Assembly (NCBI GenBank): GCA_009914755.4
Contig: CP086569.2
Coordinates: 15,904,001-15,968,000, forward strand
Direction of reading: 5' to 3'
DNA from: the human T2T-CHM13v2.0 reference genome, Homo sapiens
Length of the DNA: 64,000 nt
The notes beneath the pieces were generated by a model. That model ran no database searches and was not told the DNA's origin. It was given only the letters and a program-made list of their open reading frames with translations. This document shows, piece after piece, positions 11,993 through 24,726 of the stretch (the stretch's first letter is position 1; the number at the start of each line of letters is the position of its first letter). A program made the translations under genes and the position numbers.

Positions 11993-12570
11993 TATGTTTC
12001 ACTATGGGTTGAACTGTTCCTCTCCCAAAATTCATACAGTGAAGGCTTAACTCTAGTGTCTCAGAATGTGACTTTATTTGTAGGTAGTTCTTTCAAAAAG
12101 TGATTAATGTAAAATGAGGTCAGTAGGGTGGGCCCTGATCCAATAGGACTGGTGTCTTTATGAGAAGAAGAGACGAGGACACAGACACACACAGAGGGAT
12201 GACCCAGGGAGGACACAGGGAGAAGACAGCATCAACAAGCTAAGGAGAGAAGCATGAGGAGGAACCAGCTCTGCTTACACCTTGATCTCAGACTTCCAGC
12301 CTCCAGGACTCTCGGAGAGTAAATGTGTATGTTTACAAGCCATCCAGTTGCAATGTGGACACAGGCACACACAGAAGGATGACCCTGTGAGGACACGGGG
12401 AGAAGATGATGTCTACAAGCCAAGGAGAGAGGCCTCAGGAGGAGCCAACTGTGGCAACATCTTGATCTTGGACTTCCAGCCTGCAGGGCTGTGAGAGAGT
12501 AAATGTCTATTTGTTAAGCCAGTTTGCAGCATTTTGTTACATCAGCCCTAGCAAATGAATACATGCTTAC
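11993..12570 (+). mobile_element. MLT1-type (ERVL-MaLR) LTR
   Basis: ...ctcccaaaattcatac...gtgactttatttgtagg...gaggtcagtagggtgggccctgatccaataggactggtgtctttatgagaagaagagacg...ccttgatcttggacttccagcctgcagggctgtgagagagtaaatgtctatttgttaagccagtttgcagcattttgttacatcagccc matches the MLT1 consensus layout. Confidence 0.6.
12177..12545 (+). repeat. tandem duplication (2 x ~180-189 bp) internal to the MLT1 LTR
   Basis: Unit 1 (12177-12356) and unit 2 (12357-12545) both run ggacacag(a/g)cacacacaga(g/a)ggatgaccc...caagc(t/c)aaggagaga...cttgatct(c/t)(a/g)gacttccagcct(c/g)cagg...gagagtaaatgt. They are head-to-tail at roughly 80% identity. Confidence 0.8.
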
Positions 12571-12883
12571 ATTTAAAATTATATGAAATATAAATCATAT
12601 TTATATTATGGTCAAGATGTACATAGTTGGAAACCTTGAAGAGGGCAATTTCTGACCATCGCTGGCCATGGGAATGGAATTGACATGGCTGGTGAGAAAT
12701 GAAAAATTGGAGACAATGATACTGCAACCTCACTTTTCCCCTATTTTCTTTATTTTTCAAGTGCTACCCTTCTAAGAAAGGTGCTGGAGTTTCTCCATTT
12801 GATGAGAGTAAGATGGTTGTGTGATTCACTGTGGAAACACATGCGGGGATCCCCTGGAAGCAGGGTGGAGGAACATCTTTACT

Positions 12884-12897
12884 GCATGCCCTTTTCA
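12884..12897 (+). other. target-site duplication (left copy) of the inverted L1 at 12898-18288
   Basis: tgcatgcccttttc. The right copy tgtatgcccttttc lies at 18289-18302 and matches at 13 of 14 positions. Confidence 0.7.
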
Positions 12898-15800
12898 TTT
12901 TTTTTCATTGTAAGAATGTTTATCTTATTTTTTTTTATACTTCAAGTGATAGGGTACATGTGCACAATGTGTAGGTTTGTTACTTATGTATACATGTGAC
13001 ATGTTGGTGTGCTGCACCCATTAACTCGTCATTTACATTAGGTATATTCCCTAATGCAATTTCTCTCCCCTCCCCCACCCAATGACAGGCCCCAGTGTGT
13101 GATGTTCCCCTTCCTGTGTCCATGTGTTCTTATTGCTCAATTCCCACCTATGAGTGAGAACATGCGGTGTTTGGTTTTCTGTCTTTGTGATAGTTTGCTG
13201 AGAATGATGATTTCCAGCTTCATCCATGTCCCTACAAAGCATATAAACTCATCATTTTTTATGGCTGCATAGTATTCCATGGTGTATATATGCCACATTT
13301 TTTAATCCAGTCTATCACTGATGGACATTTGGGTTGGTTCCAAGTCTTTGTTATTGTGAATAGTACCACAATGAACATATGTGTGCATGTGTCTTTATAT
13401 CAGCGTGATTTATAAAACTTTGGGTATATCCCAGTAATGGGATGACTGGATCAAACAGTATTTCCAGTTCCAGATCTTTGAGGAATACCACACTGTCTTC
13501 CACAATGGTTGAGCTAGTTTAGAGTCCCACCAACAGTATAAAAGTGTGCCTATTTCTTCACATCCTCTCCAGAACCTGTTGTTTCCTGACTTTTTAATGA
13601 TCTCCATTCTAACTGGTGTGAGATGGTATCTCATTGTGGTTTTGATTTGCCTTTGTCTGATGGCCAGTGATGATGAGCATTTTTTTATGTGTCTGTTGGC
13701 TGCATAAATGTCTTCTTTTGATAAGTGTCTGTTCATATCCTTTGCCCACTTTTCCATGGGGTTGTTTGTTTTTTTTCTTGTAAATTTCTTAGAGTTCATT
13801 GTAGATTCTGGATATTAGCCCTTTGTCAGATAAGTAGATTGCAAAAATTTTCTCCCATTGTGTAGGTTGCCTGTTCACTCTGATGGTAGTTTGTTTTGCA
13901 GTGCAGAAGCTCTTTAGTTTAACTAGATCCCATTTGTCAGTTTTGGCTTTTGTTGCCATTGCATTTGGTGTTTTAGACATGAAGTCCTTGCCCATGCTTA
14001 TGTCTTGAATAGTATTGCCTAGGTTTTCTTCTAGGGTTTTTATGGTTTTAGGTCTAATATTTAAGTCTTTAATCCATCTTGAATTAATTTTTGTATAAGG
14101 TGCAAGGAAAGGATTTATTTTCAGCTTTCTACATATGGCTAGCCAGTTTTCCCAGCACCATATATTAAATAGGGAATCTATTCCCCATTTCATGTTTTTC
14201 TCAGGTTTGTCAAAGATCAGGTGGTTGTAGATGTGTGGTATTATTTCTGAGGATTCTGTTCTGTTCCATTGGTCTATACCTCTGTTTTGGTACCAGTACC
14301 AAGCTGTTTTGGTTACAGTAGACTTGTAGTGTAGTTTGAAGTCAGGTAACATGATGCCTCCAGCTTTGTTCTTTTGGCTTAAGATTCTCTTGGCAATGTG
14401 GGTTCTTTTTTTGTTTCCATATGAAGTAGTTTTTTCCAACTCTGTGAAGAAAGTCATGGTTAGCTTGATGGGGATGGCATTGAATCTATAAGTTACCTTG
14501 GGCAGTATGGCCATTTTGATGATATTGATCCTTCCTATCCATGAGCATGGAATGTTCTTCCATTTGTTTGTGTCTTCTTTTATATCATTGAGCAATGGTT
14601 TATAGTTGTCCTTGAAGAGGACCTTCACATCCCTTGTAAGTTGGATTCCTCGGTACTTTATTCTCTTTGAAGCAATTGTGAATGGGAGTTCACTCATGAT
14701 TTGGCTCTCTGTTTTTCTGTTATTGGTGTATAAGAATGCTTGTGATTTTTGTACACTGATTTTATATCCTGAGACTTTGCTGAAGTTGCTTATCAGGTTA
14801 AGGAGATTTTGGGCTGAGATGCTGGGGTTTTCCAAATATACAATCATGTCATCTGCAAACAGGGACAATTTGACTTCCTCTTTTCCTAATTGAATACCCT
14901 TGATTTCCTTCTCATGCCTGATTGCCCTGGCCAGAACTTCCAACACTATGTTGAATAGGAGTGGTGAGAGAGGGCATCCCTGCCTTGTGCCAGTTTTTAG
15001 AGAGAATGCTTCCAGGTTTTGCCCATTCAGTATGATATTGGTTGTGGGTTTGTCATAAATAGATCTTATTATTTTGAGATATGTCCCATCAATACCTAAT
15101 TTATTGAGAGTTTTTAGCATGAAGTGCTGTTGAAGTTTGTCAAAGGCCTTTTCTCCATCTATTGAGATAATCATGTGTTTTTTGTTTTTGGTTGTGTTTA
15201 GATGCTGGATTAGGTTTATTGATTTGTGTATGTAGAACCAGCCTTGCATCCCAGGGATGAAGCCCACTTGATCATGGTGGAAAGCTTTTTGATGTGCTGC
15301 TGGATTTGGTTTGCCAGTATTTTATTGAGGATTTTTGCATTGATATTCATCTGGGATATTGGTCTAAAATTCTCTTTTTGTGTGTGTTTCTGACAGGCTT
15401 TGTTATCAGGATGATACTGGCCTCATTAAATAAGTTAGAGAGGATTCCTTCTTTTTCTATTGATTGGAATAGTTTCAGAAGGAATGGTAGCAGGTCCTCC
15501 TTGTACCTCTGGCAGAATGCGGCTGTGAATCCATCTGGTCCTGGACTTTTTTTGTTGGTAGGCTACTCATTATTGTCTCAATGTCAGAGCCTGTTATTAG
15601 TCTATTTAGGGATTCAACTTCTTCCTGATTTAGTCTTGGGAGGTTGTATATGTCCAGGAATTTATCCATTTCTTGTTTATTTTCTAGTTTATTTGTGTAG
15701 AGGTGTTTATATTATTCTCTATTGGTAGTTTGTATTTTTGTGTGATCTGTGGTGATATCCGCTTTATCATTTTTTATTGTGTCTATTTGATTCTTCTCTC

Positions 15801-16001
15801 TTTTCTTCTTTATTAACCTTGCTAGCAGTCTGTCAATTTAAAAAAAAAAACCAGTTCCTTGATTCATTGATTTTTTGAAGGGTTTTTTGTGTCTTTATCT
15901 CTTCAGTTCTGCTCTGATCTTAGTTATGTCTTGCCTTCTGCTAGCTTTTGAATGTGTTTCCTTTTGCTTCTTGTAGTTCTTTTAATTGTGATGTTAGGGT
16001 G
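12898..16001 (-). mobile_element. L1 (L1PA-type) 3' segment: A-rich tail, 3' UTR and ORF2 from about aa 306 to the C-terminus, reverse orientation
   Basis: Reverse complement of the L1 3' end (tacttcaagtgatagggtacatgtgcacaatgtgtaggtttgttac...). Minus-strand ORFs at 13410-13799, 13789-15267 (492 aa containing the [12 protein letters not shown] reverse-transcriptase motif) and 15475-15669. Confidence 0.9.
13100..16001 (-). pseudogene. L1 ORF2 remnant (Z-domain/RT/C-terminal part), disrupted near the C-terminus
   Basis: Contains the 492-aa ORF 13789-15267 with RT motifs and ends with ...QIYKKKTNNP...[14 protein letters not shown]... before losing frame. It starts mid-ORF2 (TLTSQLKEL) at the inversion junction, so a full-length ORF2 is impossible. 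Confidence 0.85.
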
Positions 16002-16262
16002 GGGCACCCTCTGAGACAAAGCTTCCAGAGGAATGATCAGGCAGCAACATTTGCTGTTCAGCAATATTTGCTGTTCTGCAGCCTCTGCTGCTGATTCCCA
16101 GGCAAATAGGGTGTGGAGTGGACCTCTAGCAAACTCCAACAGACCTGCAGCTGAGGGTCCTGACTGTCAGAAGGAAAACTAACAAACAGAAAGGACAGCC
16201 ACACGAAAACCCCATCTGTACATCACCATCATCAAAGACCAAAGGTAGATAAAACCACAAAG

Positions 16263-17278
16263 ATGGGGAAAAAATAGAGCAGAAAAGCTGAAAATTCTAA
16301 GAATCAGAGCTCTTCTACCCCTCCAAAAGAATGCATCTCCTTGCTAGCAACAGAACAAAGCTGGATGGAGAATGTCTTTGATGAGCTGACAGAAGAAGGC
16401 TTCAGACAACCAAACTTCTCCGAGATAAAGAAGGAAGTTTGAACCCATCGCAAGGAAGCTTAAAACCTTGAAAAAAGAATAGATGAATGGATAACTGGAA
16501 TAACCAGCATAGAGAAGTCCTTAAATGACCTGATGGTGCTGAAAACCATGGCATGAGAACTACGTGATGAATGCATGAGCTTCAATAGCTGATTCGGTCA
16601 ACTGAAAGATATGGTATCAGTGATTGAAGATCCAATGAATGAAATGAAGTGAGAAGGGAAGTTTAGAGAAAAAAGAGTAAAAAGAAACCAACAAAGCCTC
16701 CAAGAAATAGGGGACTATGTGAAAAGACCAAATCTACATCTGATTGGTGTACCTGAAAGTGACGAGGAGAATGGAACCAAGTTGGAAAACACTGTGCAGG
16801 ATATTATCCAGGAGAACTTTTCCAACCTAGCAAGGCAGGCAACATTCAAATACAGGAAATACAGAGAGCACCACAAAGATACACCTCGAGAAGGGCCACT
16901 CCAAGACACATAATTGTCAGATTCACCAAAATTGAAATGAAGGAAAACATGTTACACACAGCCAGAGAGGAAGGTCGGGTTACCCACAAAGGGAAGGCCA
17001 TCAGACTAACAGCAGATCTCTCAGCAGAAACTCTACAATCCAGAAGAGAGTGAGGGCCAATATTCAACATTCTTAAAGAAAAGAATTTTCAACCCAGAAT
17101 TTCATTTCCAGCCAAACTAAGCTTCATTAAGTGAAGGAGAAATAAAATACTTTACAGACAAGCAAATGCTGAGAGATTTTGTCACCACCAGGCCTGCCCT
17201 ACAAGAGCTCCTGATGGAAGCACTAAGCATGGAAAGGAACAACTGGTACCAGCCACTTCAAAAACATGTCAAACTGTA
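16263..17278 (+). pseudogene. L1 ORF1 remnant (multiple stops and frameshifts)
   Basis: Homology to L1 ORF1p across the region. Only a 64-aa ORF (16719-16913) is open in the track. Confidence 0.8.
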
Positions 17279-17342
17279 AAGACCATCAATGCTAGGAAGA
17301 AACTGCGTCAACTAACGGGCAAAATAACCAGCTAACATCATA

Positions 17343-18304
<962 letters not shown>

Positions 18305-18524
18305 TAAAGAGTACATATTGGGCTGGTTGCTGTGTGGAACCCTCAAAATGACCTCTTGGTCTTTCTTGTAAGGACAGAGTTGGACACTGTTCACTTGAGA
18401 GACTTCTTTACTAGGGTTGATGCAGCTGTTTCTCTAACTAGACTTGAGGCCTTCACCTGCCTTTTGTAGATAACAAATTAAAAATTAATACAAAACAACC
18501 ACTAAATGTGGGTGATGTGTGAGT

Positions 18525-18710
18525 TGGATAGCTGCAGTTGAAATCCCTGCTTCACCTTTATGGGGCTATCTGGTAGTGGATAAATTATTCAATTTCTCTA
18601 TGCCTCCTCAGCCTCCTGTATCTGTAAAATTTGGAGAGCAACAGGACCTACTTAACAGGGCTGCTATGAGTATTAAATGCATTACTACATAAAAAGTGAC
18701 GTTTAAAGAA
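18525..18710 (+). mobile_element. MIR SINE core fragment
   Basis: ...tttctctatgcctcctcagcctcctgtatctgtaaaatttggagagcaacaggacctacttaacagggctgctatgagtattaaatgcattactacataaaaagtgac... resembles the MIR consensus (...tctgtgcctcagtttcctcatctgtaaaatggggataataatagtacctacctcatagggttgttgtgaggattaaatgag...). Confidence 0.55.
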
Positions 18711-19216
18711 TTCATGTATTGGATACAATATATTCAACTCCAGTGATGGACACACTGAAAGCCCAGACTTCAACATTATACAATTCATCCATGTAACCAA
18801 GAACCACATGTACCCATAATGCTGTTGAAATTTTAAAAATAAATGCATTTAAAAAAATAAAAAATAAATGAAAATATTTTAAAAAGTAATGTTTAGAGCA
18901 CCAGAAACAGGATGTACTGATAAACATTAGCCATTATTACCATATCAAATATCAGACCTAGAGAAGTTACACAATAATTCTAATACTTTCCCAATGTATT
19001 GATAATGACGTTTTAAAATAGGTCACTCAATCTTATTTGCATGTATAATTCTTCAGGTAAAATTTAAAGTTGGCTTTTCAGAAATGTGACTAAGGAGAAA
19101 AAAAACAGGTTCAAGTGATTTTCTGGATGCATCCTTCCAAATACTAAAAGGAAAATTAACATTAATTTTACACAGTTCTTTCAAAAAGTAGAACAAAAGA
19201 AGACACTTTCAAAATC

Positions 19217-19512
19217 TTTTTTTTTTTTTTTTTTTTTTTAATAGGGTCTGGCTCAGTCACCCAGGCTGGAGTGCAATGGTGTGATCTTGGCTAACTGCAA
19301 CCTCCACTCCCATGCTCGAACCATCCTCCCAACTCAGCCTCCTGAGTAGGTGGAACTACAAGCACATGACAACACAAACCCAGATAAATGTTGTGTTTTG
19401 GACAGGGTGTTGCTATGTTGCCCAGGCTGGCCTCAAACTTCTGACCTCAAGCAATCCTCCTGCTTTAGCCCCAGAAGGGCTAGGATTATAAGTATGAGCT
19501 ACTGTGACCCAC
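19217..19512 (-). mobile_element. Alu SINE (old, diverged), reverse orientation
   Basis: T23, then ...gtctggctcagtcacccaggctggagtgcaatggtgtgatcttggctaactgcaacctcc...cctgctttagccccagaagggctaggattataagtatgagctactgtgaccc. Confidence 0.8.
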
Positions 19513-19595
19513 GAAAAATCTTTTTATAAGGCTTGTATTCATTATCCTAATATCAATATCAAAGACAATGCAAACGAAATAAAATGTAAGATTGT

Positions 19596-19935
19596 AGCCA
19601 TGCACAGTGGCTCATGCTTGTAATCTCAGCACTTTGGGAGGTTGCGGCAGGAGATTGCTTGAGGCCAGGAATTTGAGACCAGCCTTTCTTCTTGCATTGC
19701 AAAGATTCTTGCATTGCTGTTCAGTAGTGCATGGTGAAATCACATCTCTACCAAAATTAGCTGGATGGTGGTGGCATGTGTTGTCATCCCAGCTACTACT
19801 CCAGAAGCTGAGTTGCGGGGATGGTTGGAGCCTGGGATGTGGAGGTTGTCATGAGTCAAGATGGCACCACTATACTCCAGCCTGGGTGACACAGTGAAAA
19901 TATGACTTAAAAATAAACAAATAACATAAAATAAT
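19596..19935 (+). mobile_element. Alu SINE, forward orientation, carrying a ~46-bp internal non-Alu insertion
   Basis: agccatgcacagtggctcatgcttgtaatctcagcactttgggaggttgcggcaggagattgcttgaggccaggaatttgagaccagcc, then tttcttcttgcattgcaaagattcttgcattgctgttcagtagtgc, then atggtgaaatcacatctctaccaaaattagctgg...ctccagcctgggtgacacagtgaaaa. Confidence 0.85.
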
Positions 19936-21080
19936 GCAAAAAAAGAAAGTAAGTATGAAATTACAGATCAATATGTCTCTTGAAATAAGACACAAATCTC
20001 CTCAACAAAATGGTAACATAAGAATGGTTTGGACATTATGACTTTGGAGTAATCATTTTAAAATTAAAATCTCTAAAAGCCATACTATCTTCCTGCTGTG
20101 AGGGTGGCTAGCCAATCAATGAAGATTCAGGCCTTCAGCCCATTACAATGAACACATACAACAGGAAGGAGAGATGAATCTTTATATTTTCATTTACCAG
20201 ACTTTGAGGATACTTGTTATCATGGAAAGACAAATTCACTCTGACTGATAGCCTCTAATTGGGAATGTTTGGGGATGTTGAATTATAGTTAGCTAATGAA
20301 TTTTTGTATGATTTTATTTTATTTTAAGATTCCTGCATTACTGTTCAGTAGTGCAAACAGGTAGTCATTTTCTTTTCAGTGTGCTCTTTTCTGGTCACTT
20401 TTGGTGTGCCATAAGGTCTCACTGGAAGGGCTATCACTGGAGTCATTTCTTACATCATCTGGCAAATAGACTTCAATCTCTGAGATGCAAGAGCAAAGAG
20501 ATATTGTCAGTTTCTGTCTTGCAGCTTTTTTTCTGTGATTGCCATTTTCTATTTTTCTTATTAATTTCTAGCATACTAAATTGTGAATAGAAATTATGCA
20601 CCTTTCCTAACCTTTCAAAATTACATAAGGTACTTAAATCCATAGAATAATATATTTTTAAATATTTTAAAAGCTTTCTGTATATTTATTTTTGCTATGG
20701 AGACAGTAGATTAAAACAATACGTGAAGTAATCTCTTCCCATCCTTTGTTCTTTCTTGAAAAACTTTGTTGTTTCACTTTTCAGTAAAATTCTTTTTAAA
20801 AGTCTTAATTTTTACAGATGATTTGGTTAGTCAAATTTGAAAAATAATGTGGTCTTGGGAATAATTGGACTAAAACCACCAAAATATTTCTTATTGAATA
20901 AAGTACATACCTACTTAGAAAAAATATTTGACTCAAAGACAATACAGACATGCTGAGGGAATGATTATTAAAGAAATTTTAAAATAAAATGACAAATCTA
21001 GGGAATAAAAAGAAAGAGGTGTTCATCCGGTATTTGATTTACTGACTAAATTTGAGAATCTCTCCCTTTCCTTTTCTACT

Positions 21081-21375
21081 TTTTTTTTTTTTTTTTTTTT
21101 GAGACAGAATCTCACTCTGTTGCCAGGCTGGAGTTCAGTGGTGTACTCTCAGCTCACTGCAACAGCCACCTCCCACGTTCAAGCAGTTCTCTTGCCTCAG
21201 CTGAGTAGCTGGGATTACAAGTGACTGCTACCAAGCCCGGCTAATTTTTGCATTTTAAGCAGAGATGGGATTTTACCATGTTGGCCAGGCTGGTCCGGAA
21301 CTCCTGACCCCAGGTGATCCATCCACCTCAGCCTGCCAAAGTGCTGGGATTACAGGTGTGGGCCACCGTGTATGG
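21081..21375 (-). mobile_element. Alu SINE, reverse orientation
   Basis: T20, then gagacagaatctcactctgttgccaggctggagttcagtggtgtactctcagctcactgcaac...cctgccaaagtgctgggattacaggtgtgggccaccgtg. Confidence 0.85.
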
Positions 21376-22037
21376 CTTCTACTATTTTTCTTTATTCAAT
21401 GATCAACCACAAACACACGGATGCATCAAAATACATGAAGCAGATTTGAATGATCGAGTGAACATTTTCTGCTATTATTGATAATGTGTTGTCTTATAAT
21501 GAGAAATTTCTATAGCAGTTTAAAACTAAGTAAAAACTTACACAATACCAAATTAACTAGTTAGAAAACAGCTGGGTGGAGAGCTTTGCCTAACACTTTA
21601 ATGTAATTATGAATCTTTCTATCCACATTGATATGAATGAGAATTTAGCCTTGGTGTGATATAAAGACTGCTTTAACATATTTCAATTTACCCTTCTTTA
21701 GTACCTGTCATATCTCTCCAATCTGAATTGAAAATTAAATTTACTAATCTGAACTTTGTGCTAATATTTAAAAATCCTGCTTTTATTAAATGTCAGCTAT
21801 TAGTCATCCATGAAATTATATTTTTTTAATTCCTTTATGGAAGATGAGTTACTGGAGCAAGAAACTAATCAACATTATAAATTCAGATAATCTTGGTTGG
21901 GGAAAGACTGTGAATACACTTTACTGTAAGAAAGCTCCTTATTGCTGCACAGTTTTGTTTATACATGTGTGTGTGAAGGTAATAATGAGTATTTTCAAGT
22001 AGAACCAAATAAGGAAAAATGAGGTTTATATATTTTG

Positions 22038-22135
22038 TCTCAATTTCTCTCTCTCTCTCGCTCTCTGTTTGTGTATGTGTATGTGAGGGAGAGAGAGACA
22101 GAGAAGGACAGGGAAAGAGACAGAAGGAGTCTGTT
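22038..22135 (+). repeat. compound simple repeat (CT)n / (TGTG/TATG)n / (GA)n
   Basis: ctctctctctctcgctctctgtttgtgtatgtgtatgtgagggagagagagacagagaaggacagggaaagagacag. Confidence 0.85.
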
Positions 22136-24431
22136 TTTGTCTCCACTAAATACATAGAAAATGTATGCAAATTGTCATTTGCATACATTGCAATGACATG
22201 TTTTAAATCCTATGAAATATGCATTTAATTAAAAAATGAGAATGATGTGAGTCATCAAATTTTTCCAGTTAATTTTATGAGTGAATTACTCATTACATTT
22301 TAAAAAAGTCATTAAAATAATCTGTGAAAGTGAAAATTTAAAACAAGGCGTTCAGTTTTGCATTTGTTTTCTTGTTAGATATTATGATGAATATATGAAT
22401 CACAGGATGGTTGCCATGAGAAACTGTCTTTTATGAGTAAGAAAACACATATCCTGTTAATTAGAAAGACATTCTATCACATCATTGTAGGAGGAAATCC
22501 AAATAACTTGGTAAGAATCAAAGCTTAAGCAACAGGTGTTATAGGACCAATAGGTTAATGTGCCCGCTGTACAGTACCTGCTCAGTTACACTGAGACAGC
22601 AGGGTTTGCAGCAGAGAAAATTTTGTGATTGCAGTGCACTGAGCAAGGAGATGGGAGAGTTCTAGGATGGGGTTTTTAAGGAGATCATGGAGCATAAGGG
22701 ACTGGAACTTTGGGTTCAGTGATTGGTTGGGGTAATGAGGAGGAAGTCATCAGGATATAGAAACTGCATTCTTTGGAGAGTCAGATCCTCGTGGGATCCT
22801 TCAGACAAGCTGAGGCAGTAGTTTGATTGATATGCAGGAACTGAAAGAAGATCTCAAACGGAAAGCGTAATGTTTCATAATGTCCCTTTGGTTATCTGTA
22901 GAGCAGTTAAGGGGGACTATAACCTTGTGACAGGGTCTGTGTGTTTCTGGGGCAATAGACACTGTACCAGTATGAGGAAGGAGGTCAGAGAGGAAGCTGC
23001 AAGCTTGGTTTATTTTTCAGGGATGGTCTCACAGGCTTAGAATTCAATCAGCCATGTAGAGCATAACATGTAAATTTCAAATAACCTTTTATTTTTCTAG
23101 CAAACTGTGGGATATGAGTCAAATTGCCTGTTTAGGAATGCCAGATTTCTTATCATGCTGTGTGCTTCAAAATGATAAGAAAAGATAATTAATTGGTATT
23201 GATTACTCCTTGTCCCATAAATACAAGTACTGAGGGATGGTTGCTGTCATTACATTTACATAGTGAGATTCCCATTAGTTGTTTCCATTATACTAACCAC
23301 TATGGCTGAAATGATTAACTCATAGCCTCAATATTTCCAGTTATCATACTTTTCTACTAATCATCTCTTTAATTAACCAGATAGTAACGGTCACATTACA
23401 TAAAACATATGACTTACTCTTCCGTATTATGACATATCAGCCAGTAAGAGGTGTACATTTATTATCCATCCTGTATCACACATTTAATTATAAACATGTG
23501 CTTTTTGTCATCCCTGATGAGTATTGGCTAGTAACTCATGATGATTTTTTATCATATTTAAGCAGTGTTAAATGTGTACAATGTTAGGATATTCAAGGGC
23601 TCAAATAATTTTTGAATAATTTTTCGATTGCTATTGAATTCTGCTATTGGCAGACATCATTTATATCAATATCTTCTTTCAGATATTTTAGTTACATGTT
23701 TAAAAGCTGTACTGGAATATCAGCATAGAAAAATTCTCCACATAAGAGAGCAATTCAGGTTCTATGAGATGTTATATTTAAAAATATATCTTTATTCTAT
23801 GCAGGATTTCATAATGCATGTATTGTAGATTTCTTATAGCCTAGCAATAATGATATTTAAGAGAAGTCACAGAAAGAGTCATGTTAAGGGCAAAAGCCAC
23901 AACAAAACAGATTATACCTAGTAATAAAACTAAAGCTATGATTGTATATGTGCTAACAAAAGATGCCTCTTCTATGGCTGAATCACTTTTGAAAGTATAT
24001 GCTTTTCTTTACTTAAAACATATGCACACTTTTAAGAAAACATCTTTGACTGTGTATTCACCTATTTAAGTGTCATGTTTTTATTATTATAGACTGAAAA
24101 TATCTAAGTGAAATGCTCTGGATTAATCGCACACATTTTAGTTGGATAAATTAATTTCTGTTACCTATAAACTACTTCCACATTTTACTTTTTAACACCT
24201 ACTTTAACCTTTACAACCACATTAGCCTCTGCATTATTACCATTGGTGCACACCTGGATAAGACTCCAGAATCTGTAAATTAATTTCTGGAATATGTAAA
24301 ATAGCATTCACATGTTCATTTTCTCTTGCCATCAGATCTTTTAAGTTGCTACAATGTTTAATATTGATTTGCCTTTTTCAAACCTAAGAAAAGATTTTAG
24401 ATGTTGGCAATAACATTGCTTTGTAATGTCT

Positions 24432-24726
24432 TCTTTTCTGAGACAGGGTCTTACTCTATCACCCAGGCTGGAGTGCAATGTCACGATCATGGCTCTTTGC
24501 AGCCTTGAACTCCAGGGCTCCAATTGATACTCCCACTTAAGCCTGCCGAGTAGCTGGGACTACAGGCATGTGCCACCATGTCTCTCTAATTTTTATTTTT
24601 ATTCTTTATACAGATGAGGTCTCACTTTGTTGCCAAGGCTGGTCTTGATCTCTTGGCGTCAAATGAAGCTGCTGCTTCAGCCTCCCAAAATACTGGGATT
24701 ACAGCATAAGCCACCACACCTGGCCT
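24432..24726 (-). mobile_element. Alu SINE (AluJ-like), reverse orientation
   Basis: gagacagggtcttactctatcacccaggctggagtgcaatgtcacgatcatggctctttgcagcc...cagcctcccaaaatactgggattacagcataagccaccacacctggcc. Confidence 0.8.

Noticed and set aside
13789-15267. 492-aa ORF that could be taken for a reverse-transcriptase host gene
   Set aside because: It is the RT portion of L1 ORF2 inside a rearranged (5'-inverted) L1 with flanking TSDs. It starts mid-ORF2 and cannot encode a full protein, so it is a retroelement remnant rather than a host gene.
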